Shown piece by piece: positions 58,143 to 64,000 of a DNA stretch of 64,000 nt (positions within the stretch are counted from its first letter, which is position 1; the number at the start of each line of letters is the position of its first letter). Origin of the DNA: Clostridia bacterium (GTDB taxonomy: Bacteria; Bacillota; Clostridia; Oscillospirales; CAG-272). The stretch is taken from positions 691 to 64,690 of the forward strand of contig JAFVUF010000018.1 in assembly GCA_017502875.1 (NCBI GenBank). Reading direction: 5' to 3'. The position numbers were made by a program, and so were the translations under genes. The notes under the pieces are model-generated. The model ran no database searches, had not been told where the DNA came from, and was given only the letters and a program-made list of their open reading frames with translations.

Positions 58143-58181
58143 AAACAATGGCGTTCCGCATTTGCGGAACGCCATTGTTTT
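58141..58181. terminator. Bidirectional terminator closing the island and the convergent DAK2 gene
   Basis: caatggcgttccgca / tgcggaacgccattg 15-bp stem, A-run upstream, TTTT downstream. Confidence 0.85.
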
Positions 58182-58197
58182 GTATTAAGTTAATTTA

Positions 58198-59931
58198 TTA
58201 CTCATTCTCACCTGAGATGATGTAAGCGTAAACGGGCTGACCGCCGTCAACGAGAGTGATGTCGGCGTAGGGGTTAATGGTCTCAGCGATAATATCTACC
58301 GCCTTTTCAGCCTCCTCCTTTGTTACGTCCTCGCCGTAGTAAACTGTGATTATGCTGCTCTTTTTAACGGTGTCCGCTATGAGCGCAAGGCACTCCTCAC
58401 GGGTATCTGTTACGAACTTGACCTTGTTTTCGACCAAGCCCAGCATCTGACCGAGCCTAATCTTCTTTCCGTCAAAGGTCGAATCGTGCGCCGCGTAGGT
58501 AATGGACGCGGTCTTTGTATCGGCAATTCTCGCTTCCATCGCTTCACGGTTTTCCTCGGGTGTGGCGTCCTCGTCAAAGGCGAACATAGCGGAAACGCCC
58601 TGAGGAATAGATACGGTGTTGATGACCTCGACTCTCTTGTCCTCAACAAGCTCAGCGGCGGTCTTTGCGGCAAGGAATATGTTTTTGTTGTTGGGAAGCA
58701 CGAATACTACCTCAGCTGGAGTAGCGCAGATAGCTTTAAGCATATCGTCGGTGCTGGGATTCATGGTCTGACCGCCTGTAACTATTTTATCGGCGCCAAG
58801 GTCGGTAAATACCGACTTGATACCCGCGCCTGAGCAAACGGTTACGAAACCGTACTTCTTTTCAGCGGGAACGAAAACTATTCCGTCAGACTCCTCTGCC
58901 GAGTCCTCGTGAGTAGCAATGAGACCGGTATGCTGATTTTTCATATTTTCTATCTTAACGGTATAGAACGAACCGTACTTAACCGCCTCGGAAAGCACCT
59001 TTCCGGGATCGTCAGTATGGACGTGAATCTTGACTATATCGTAGTCCTCAACGAAAACCACACTGTCGCCCATTCCGATTACGAAGGAATGAAGCTCCTC
59101 GCATTTTTCCTCGCCCTCGAACTCCTTGTACTTGTTTACAATGCACTCAGTACAGTAAGGGAAGGTTATGTCCTCGGTGGCGAACTGCGTGAAATCCGCC
59201 TGCTTTCTTACTGTGCTAACAGCGCTTGGGTCCTTAGGCTGTACAGGGTGATGGCGAAGCGCCGCGAGCATACCCTGAAGCACGGCAACGAAGCCGCTTC
59301 CTCCCGCGTCAACGACGTTTGCCTGCTTTAGCTGGGGAAGCATATCGGGTGTTTTAGCAAGAGTCTCGCCGGCGACCTCAAGCATAGTGCTGAAAAGCTC
59401 GTCGAGATTTCCAAAGGCGTCGGGATCGGCGTCCATTCTCTCAATAGCAGTCTCCGCGCAGGCTCTCATAACTGTAAGGATAGTACCCTCGGTAGGAGTC
59501 ATAACTGCCTTGTAAGCCATATCAACTCCGTTTTTAAAAGCGGAGGCTATGGTTTTTGTATCAGCCTCTACGCAGTCCTTAAGCCCCTTAGCCATACCTC
59601 TGAAAAACGAGGAAAGTATAACTCCGGAGTTACCTCTTGCCGCGCGTAGAAATGTCTTTGCGACCTCGCTCGAAACCTCGGAGACGTTACCCGAAAAGCT
59701 TTTAAGCTCCTCTCTTGCGGGGCTCATGGTAAGGCTCATGTTTATACCTGTATCTCCGTCGGGAACGGGGAAAACGTTAAGGTTGTTTATTTCCTCCTTA
59801 TCGTTATCAAGCGCGTATGCGGCGGAGGTTATCATATCACGGTAGGTATCTCCGTCAAGCGTTGCTGCGGTACAGATTTCCTCGGCGGTGTTCTCGCCGT
59901 TCTTGATTTCTTCGTTCATACTAATCTCCAT
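58198..59931 (-). CDS. DAK2-domain fusion protein (YloV family)
   Basis: N-terminal Dak2 domain (DGDTGINM, ARGNSG) plus a C-terminal DegV-like/YloV domain. 577 aa. Confidence 0.85.
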   Translation of the reverse strand: MEISMNEEIKNGENTAEEICTAATLDGDTYRDMITSAAYALDNDKEEINNLNVFPVPDGDTGINMSLTMSPAREELKSFSGNVSEVSSEVAKTFLRAARGNSGVILSSFFRGMAKGLKDCVEADTKTIASAFKNGVDMAYKAVMTPTEGTILTVMRACAETAIERMDADPDAFGNLDELFSTMLEVAGETLAKTPDMLPQLKQANVVDAGGSGFVAVLQGMLAALRHHPVQPKDPSAVSTVRKQADFTQFATEDITFPYCTECIVNKYKEFEGEEKCEELHSFVIGMGDSVVFVEDYDIVKIHVHTDDPGKVLSEAVKYGSFYTVKIENMKNQHTGLIATHEDSAEESDGIVFVPAEKKYGFVTVCSGAGIKSVFTDLGADKIVTGGQTMNPSTDDMLKAICATPAEVVFVLPNNKNIFLAAKTAAELVEDKRVEVINTVSIPQGVSAMFAFDEDATPEENREAMEARIADTKTASITYAAHDSTFDGKKIRLGQMLGLVENKVKFVTDTREECLALIADTVKKSSIITVYYGEDVTKEEAEKAVDIIAETINPYADITLVDGGQPVYAYIISGENE

Positions 59932-59950
59932 ATTTTATACTAAGTATTTA

Positions 59951-60838
59951 TTACTTCTTTAATCTTGCGTCGCCTCTGCCCTGACCTATGCAGTACACGG
60001 CAATAGTCTTGTGTCCAGAATGAGCGCCGATAACGGGACCGATGTAATTAATAATCACTTCCTGGTCGGGACGCGCTTCTTTTATAATAGAAACTACTGT
60101 GTTAACGTCATCGTCGCAATCACCGTGGCTTACGAATATGGGCGAATCCGCTCTTGCCTCGCCGAGCGCCATCTCAGTCATTTTGCGAATAGAGCTGTTT
60201 CTGCTTCTGACCTTGTCGTATGCGGCAAGCTTTCCGTTTTTGTCAACGAATAGCATAGGCTTGATTTGAAGCACAGAACCGAATATAGCCGCGACAGCGG
60301 AAATTCTGCCGCCTCTTTTGAGCTGACCGAGGTCGTCAACGGTAAATTCGTGGCATATATTATGCTTTATTTCCTCTGCATAAGCTATTACCTCATCAAG
60401 CGTAGCGCCCTCTTTTTTCTTTTGTGAGCAGAGATAAACCAGCATACCCTGACCAAACGAGGCGCAGAGAGAATCCACTATCTCCACACGCCTTTCGGGG
60501 AAGCTTTCGCTCAGCTCCTTTGAGGCGTTTATAGCGTTTTGATAAGTAGCGGAAAGACCGGAGGAAAAGCATACGTAGAGGATATCCTTGCCTTCATTCA
60601 GGAAAGGCGTGAAGAAATCCACGAAATCTCCTATGTTAATTGCCGAGGTCGATACCTTAGCCCCCGCCTTGAGCGTCTTGTAAAACTCAGGAATAGGAAA
60701 CTCGGAATGATCGGGATTGTTTACAAAAAGCTTATTGTCAAGAAGATAGCTCATGCTAATGATGGGAGTGTTCCATTCCTTTGACTGAACGTCCGTAATA
60801 TCGCTTGCGGAGTCGGTTAAAATAACGTAATCGTTCAT
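59951..60838 (-). CDS. DegV-family fatty-acid-binding protein
   Basis: ILTDSASDI N-terminus, 295 aa, DegV fold signatures (STSAINIGDF, GRISAVAA). Confidence 0.85.
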   Translation of the reverse strand: MNDYVILTDSASDITDVQSKEWNTPIISMSYLLDNKLFVNNPDHSEFPIPEFYKTLKAGAKVSTSAINIGDFVDFFTPFLNEGKDILYVCFSSGLSATYQNAINASKELSESFPERRVEIVDSLCASFGQGMLVYLCSQKKKEGATLDEVIAYAEEIKHNICHEFTVDDLGQLKRGGRISAVAAIFGSVLQIKPMLFVDKNGKLAAYDKVRSRNSSIRKMTEMALGEARADSPIFVSHGDCDDDVNTVVSIIKEARPDQEVIINYIGPVIGAHSGHKTIAVYCIGQGRGDARLKK

Positions 60839-61005
60839 TTATCTATCCTTTCAAAAAATAATTAATAAATTTGCTATGGACAAAAGGTAAGATTTGTGTT
60901 ATCATATACTAAACGTTAACTGAGAAGTCCACCAAATATATTAATCCCTATTTATATTAAAAGGTTACACTAAATAATAAATTTTTTATAAAAAAAGGAA
61001 AAGCT

Positions 61006-61521
61006 ATGTTAAAATATCTTGAATGCGGCATTATAGTAAATACTCACGGGATAAACGGCGGCGTAAAGGTGCTTTCGCAGTGCGATACACCCGACACTCT
61101 CGCCTCGCTTGAATACGTGTATATAGAACAGCTCGGAGTATATAGAGAGCTTGAGGTTCTGAGCGCCTCGGTATATAAGGATACCGTTATTTTTACATTC
61201 AAGGGAATAGACAGTATAGACAAGGCGGCAAGGCTCAAGGGAAAAACGCTTTACGCTGACAGAGATGATTTTGAGCTTGAGGAGGGCGAGTATTTTCTTG
61301 CCGACGTTATCGGTCTTAAAGTGGTTGATGAAGAAAGCGGAAAGGTCTACGGTACGGTAGAAAACGTAAATACCAACAGCGCCCAGCTGCTATATGAGAT
61401 AAAGACCGATAAAGGCATCAGGCTTCTGCCGGCGGTAGACGCTTTTATAAAAAGGGTAGTGCTTTCCGAGGCACTTTACGTCTCGGTTGTGCCGGGGCTT
61501 CTTGAGGATACTGAGGACTGA
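61006..61521 (+). CDS. rimM: 16S rRNA processing protein RimM
   Basis: GIIVNTHGINGGVKV N-terminus, PRC-barrel C-terminus, precedes trmD. Confidence 0.92.
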   Translation: MLKYLECGIIVNTHGINGGVKVLSQCDTPDTLASLEYVYIEQLGVYRELEVLSASVYKDTVIFTFKGIDSIDKAARLKGKTLYADRDDFELEEGEYFLADVIGLKVVDEESGKVYGTVENVNTNSAQLLYEIKTDKGIRLLPAVDAFIKRVVLSEALYVSVVPGLLEDTED

Positions 61522-61537
61522 AAGGAAAGCTAAGGAA

Positions 61538-62215
61538 ATGAGATTTGATATTCTGACTCTGTTTCCCGAAATGGTAGAGAATATTCTCGGCGAGAGCATA
61601 ATCGGCAGAGCAAGGGATAAGGGACTTATCGAAATAGCCGCCCACAATATAAGAGACTATTCCGAGGATAAGCATAGAAGGGTAGACGATACTCCTTGCG
61701 GAGGCGGTAAGGGAATGCTAATGGCAGTTCCGCCGATAGACCGCTGCCACGGGGCGGTAAGCGCTCTTGCGCCCACACTTAAAACGAGAACCGTTTATAT
61801 GTCTCCTCAGGGCAGAGTTCTTACGCAAGGCATAGCGAAGGAGCTTAGCGAATACGATAGGCTTATTATTCTCTGTGGGCATTATGAGGGCGTTGATCGC
61901 CGCGCCGTTGAAATGCTGTGTGATGATGAGATATCCATCGGCGATTTCGTGCTTACGGGTGGCGAGCTTCCTGCGTGTGTGCTTGTCGATTGCGTTTCGA
62001 GAATGGTTCCGGGGGTGCTGTCCGAAGACGAATGCTTTGAGAAAGAGAGTTTTATGAACGGACTGCTTGAATATCCCCAGTACACAAGACCGATAGAGTA
62101 TAAGGGGAGACGAGTGCCAGAGGTGCTGCTTTCGGGAGACCATAAGAAAATAGAGGAGTGGCGTAAAAAAGAGGCGTACGAGTTGACCAAAAGAAAACGC
62201 CCTGATTTGATCTGA
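61538..62215 (+). CDS. trmD: tRNA (guanine37-N1)-methyltransferase
   Basis: MRFDILTLFPEM start after AAGGAAA. GRYEGVD-like CGHYEGVDRR and SIGDFVLTGGELPA motifs. ORF-track start 61487 is an extension overlapping rimM. Confidence 0.95.
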   Translation: MRFDILTLFPEMVENILGESIIGRARDKGLIEIAAHNIRDYSEDKHRRVDDTPCGGGKGMLMAVPPIDRCHGAVSALAPTLKTRTVYMSPQGRVLTQGIAKELSEYDRLIILCGHYEGVDRRAVEMLCDDEISIGDFVLTGGELPACVLVDCVSRMVPGVLSEDECFEKESFMNGLLEYPQYTRPIEYKGRRVPEVLLSGDHKKIEEWRKKEAYELTKRKRPDLI

Positions 62216-62216
62216 T

Positions 62217-62822
62217 ATGGAAAAGCTGAAAATACCGTACCCCATTATTGTTGAGGGAAAATACGACAAAATAAAGCTCAGCTCTGTTATAGACGCGGAG
62301 ATTTTCACAACCGACGGATTCGGGATATTCCGAGAAAACGAGAAAACGGCGCTGTTTAAGGCTCTGTGCCAAAAAACCAAGGTGATAGTCCTTACGGACA
62401 GCGACGGTGGCGGACGCGTTATACGGAATTTCTTTAATTCCTGCTTTGATAAGGATAGAATAATACACCTTTATATCCCTCAGATAAAGGGTAAGGAAAA
62501 GCGTAAGCCAAGACCTTCTAAGGAGGGTGTTCTCGGTGTCGAGGGAATGGAGACGGAGCTGCTAAAAAACCTGTTTTCGTCATTTGCGGGTGCGATGGAA
62601 CGCAAAAATAAGACATGCGTAACCAAGAACGAGCTTTATGAAATGGGGCTTAGCGGGCGCGATGAAAGCGCTAAAAAACGAGCCGAGCTTGCCCGTAAAT
62701 TAGGCTTCCCCGAGGATATGACTGCCAACGCGCTTCTTTCCGCGATAAACATACTGTATAATAGGGAAGAATTTATCGCTATCTGTTCGGAGCTTTCGAA
62801 TGATGTAACCCTGAAACCCTAA
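62217..62822 (+). CDS. Toprim-domain protein (RNase M5-like / DUF4093-type)
   Basis: IIVEGKYDKIKL and VLTDSDGGGRVIR Toprim acidic motifs. Start is 1 nt after the trmD stop. Confidence 0.7.
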   Translation: MEKLKIPYPIIVEGKYDKIKLSSVIDAEIFTTDGFGIFRENEKTALFKALCQKTKVIVLTDSDGGGRVIRNFFNSCFDKDRIIHLYIPQIKGKEKRKPRPSKEGVLGVEGMETELLKNLFSSFAGAMERKNKTCVTKNELYEMGLSGRDESAKKRAELARKLGFPEDMTANALLSAINILYNREEFIAICSELSNDVTLKP

Positions 62823-62868
62823 ATAAAGGGGAAAGGAATTTTTTTATAATAAAATTTGCTTTCCCCCC

Positions 62869-62897
62869 TTGACAAACGGGATAATTTATGATAATAT
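62869..62897 (+). promoter_or_regulatory. Sigma-A-type promoter of tRNA-Arg
   Basis: TTGACA (62869-62874), 17 nt, TAATAT (62892-62897). Confidence 0.7.
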
Positions 62898-62914
62898 ATA
62901 TAAGCATTAAATTT

Positions 62915-62991
<77 letters not shown>

Positions 62992-62994
62992 AAG

Positions 62995-63022
62995 GCTCCA
63001 AGTCGCAGGACTTGGAGCTTTT
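62995..63022 (+). terminator. Terminator after tRNA-Arg
   Basis: gctccaagtc / gacttggagc stem with a gcag loop, then TTTT. Confidence 0.8.
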
Positions 63023-63081
63023 AATATATAATGAAGCGAAATGTAAGCATGAGGCTTGAATAAAAAACTCAAAACAGTCTA

Positions 63082-63110
63082 TTGACATAGAACGTAGAAT
63101 GTGCTATAAT
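63082..63110 (+). promoter_or_regulatory. Sigma-A-type promoter of tRNA-Val
   Basis: TTGACA (63082-63087), 17 nt, TATAAT (63105-63110). Confidence 0.75.
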
Positions 63111-63129
63111 TTCAATCATAGAAAAAAGC

Positions 63130-63206
63130 GGAGGCATAGCTCAGCCGGTTAGAGCGTTCGGTTCACATCCGAGAGGTCGTGGGTTCGAGTCCCTCTGTCT
63201 CCACCA
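63130..63206 (+). tRNA. tRNA-Val (anticodon CAC), CCA encoded
   Basis: Hand-folded cloverleaf: acceptor ggaggca/tgtctcc (one G-U), D arm gctc/gagc, anticodon stem ttcgg/ccgag with loop ttCACat, T arm gtggg-ttcgagt-ccctc (one U-U mismatch). 77 nt. Confidence 0.88.
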
Positions 63207-63244
63207 AATCAAAAAGAGAGGCAACGCCTCTCTTTTTGATTTGG
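63204..63244. terminator. 19-bp perfect hairpin that includes the CCA end of tRNA-Val (bidirectional terminator-like)
   Basis: ccaaatcaaaaagagaggc (63204-63222) pairs perfectly with gcctctctttttgatttgg (63226-63244), with a 3-nt loop. Confidence 0.75.
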
Positions 63245-63562
63245 CAGAACAAAGTGTATGGGTGAAGAACCGTCAAAGCCGCAAAAAGCGGCTTTGAATG
63301 GGCTTTGCGAGGAAAAAAGCGCCGTAGCGCACAGAGCTTGCGCAAAGCGAGTTCGACAGCGAAGCGTGTCCCGGAGCTCTAACTTATGTAGAAAAGAGAG
63401 GTAACGCCTCTCTTTTTGATTTGGCAGAACAAAGTGTATGGGTGAAGAACCGTCAAAGCCGTAAAAAGCGGCTTTGAATGGGGTTTGCGAGGAAAAAAGC
63501 GCCGTAGCGCACAGAGCTTGCGCAAAGCGAGTTCGACAGCGAAGCGTGTCCCGGAGCTCTAA
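63212..63562. repeat. Tandem direct duplication: two 171-bp units (63212-63382 and 63392-63562), period exactly 180 bp, 3 mismatches
   Basis: Direct line-by-line comparison. The only differences are at 63222/63402 (c/t), 63282/63462 (c/t) and 63303/63483 (c/g). Each unit starts with a terminator-like hairpin and contains further perfect hairpins. Confidence 0.95.
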
Positions 63563-63573
63563 AATTAAACCGA

Positions 63574-63616
63574 ACAGAAAAGAGAGACCGCTGCGGAATT
63601 TAACCGTCTCGGTCTC
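63574..63616. terminator. Third terminator-like hairpin closing the repeat array
   Basis: aaaagagagaccg ... cggtctctttttt. Its 5' arm starts like the repeat-unit hairpins, but the loop differs. Confidence 0.6.
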
Positions 63617-63794
63617 TTTTTTGCTTGTGATAGGAGGGAGTTTGCCCATCGGAGCCATCTCTCGTTGTGAACGATTTGTTTATTGTGTGTAAACTTTTAT
63701 TTAAAATTAAAATTTATTATATGCTTGGTTAACAAACAAATTAGGACGTTTTTAGTCAAATTGCTAAAATTAATGTAGGAATATGCAAGAGTAC

Positions 63795-63823
63795 TTGACA
63801 AAAATCTCCAAAAGAGGTAAAAT
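63795..63823 (+). promoter_or_regulatory. Sigma-A-type promoter of the last gene
   Basis: TTGACA (63795-63800), 17 nt, TAAAAT (63818-63823). Confidence 0.65.
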
Positions 63824-63888
63824 GGGTACACGATTGCTTTAATATTTGCAAAGCAACCTGAAAATTCATCTCTAAAAGGAGAAAAGGT

Positions 63889-64000
63889 ATGAGAAAAATC
63901 ACGAGAATTACATCGCTTGTTCTGATGTTGATAATGCTCGTCAGCGTTATGGGAACGTCCATATTCGCTGCAGATTCAACTGAAAACACAGAACAGAGCG
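63889..64000 (+). CDS. Secreted protein, 3'-truncated by the window edge (only the signal peptide is visible)
   Basis: AAAGGAG RBS before ATG 63889. MRKITRITSLVLMLIMLVSVMGTSIFA-ADSTENTEQS is a typical Sec signal with an AxA-like cleavage site. Not in the ORF track because it is under 60 aa within the window. Confidence 0.6.
   Translation, partial: MRKITRITSLVLMLIMLVSVMGTSIFAADSTENTEQS

Noticed and set aside
63241-63270. TTGGCAGaacaaAGTGT at the start of each repeat-unit body, which looks superficially like a sigma-54 -24/-12 element.
   Set aside because: The -12 GC dinucleotide (TTGC) is missing and the spacing does not fit TGGCAC-N5-TTGC. No enhancer-binding-protein gene is nearby.
63209-63658. 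149-aa minus-strand ORF spanning both tandem repeat units; the 180-bp period keeps it in frame, giving a 60-aa protein repeat.
   Set aside because: It reads straight through three terminator hairpins and the tRNA-proximal stem. It has no spaced SD (GAGAG abuts the ATG). Its composition is Cys/Arg/Phe-rich and unlike the real genes here. Openness of the frame is a by-product of a period divisible by three. It is better treated as non-coding.
63629-63692. AGGAGGGA followed by TTG opening a 16-codon ORF (MPIGAISRCERFVYCV) after the repeat array.
   Set aside because: SD-to-start spacing is only about 2-3 nt, the start is TTG, the ORF is tiny, and there is no supporting context. Probably fortuitous.

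Overview
The window is a 64-kb chromosomal segment that looks like Bacillota, probably Clostridia, judging by gene content, T-box leaders and near-consensus sigma-A promoters. I call 49 protein-coding genes (one truncated at each window edge), 2 tRNA genes, 2 T-box riboswitches and many intrinsic terminators.

Most of it is housekeeping:
- A P-type Ca2+-ATPase and rpmE.
- A phenylacetate-CoA ligase / indolepyruvate:ferredoxin oxidoreductase / ACT operon.
- uvrC-rsmD-coaD-rsmH on the minus strand, then an HPr-like gene.
- T-box-controlled valS, followed by a partial division/cell-wall cluster (PBP-murE-murF-mraY-ftsW-murG).
- T-box-controlled thrS, a HAD phosphatase, an M18 aminopeptidase, a CNNM/CorC-type transporter, pth-mfd, and rimP-nusA-ylxR-L7Ae-infB.
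- DegV and the DAK2-domain gene, rimM-trmD and a Toprim protein, then tRNA-Arg(ACG) and tRNA-Val(CAC).

Accessory content:
- A heparinase-like protein and a Pmp-repeat beta-helix surface protein at the left edge.
- A 1051-aa AT-rich tail-anchored surface protein.
- A BspA-type LRR protein.
- A three-gene operon of two uncharacterised proteins plus a CPBP protease.
- An AT-rich five-gene methyltransferase/glycosyltransferase island inserted right after infB.

I found no CRISPR array, transposase, integrase, phage gene or recognisable defence system.

The stretches least explained by ordinary annotation are:
1. A nearly perfect tandem duplication of a 171-bp, highly structured, terminator-flanked element directly abutting tRNA-Val.
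2. A roughly 180-nt leader with a terminator, possible antiterminator pairing and a possible 16-codon leader ORF upstream of the CNNM/CorC gene. It matches no riboswitch class I can recognise.
3. An HPr paralogue lacking the catalytic His15.
4. An rpmE leader in which a long hairpin bridges a distant strong SD to an SD-less start codon.
5. The glycosyltransferase island, which has no membrane or export components.

All calls come from reading the sequence and ORF translations. No database search or computation was run.
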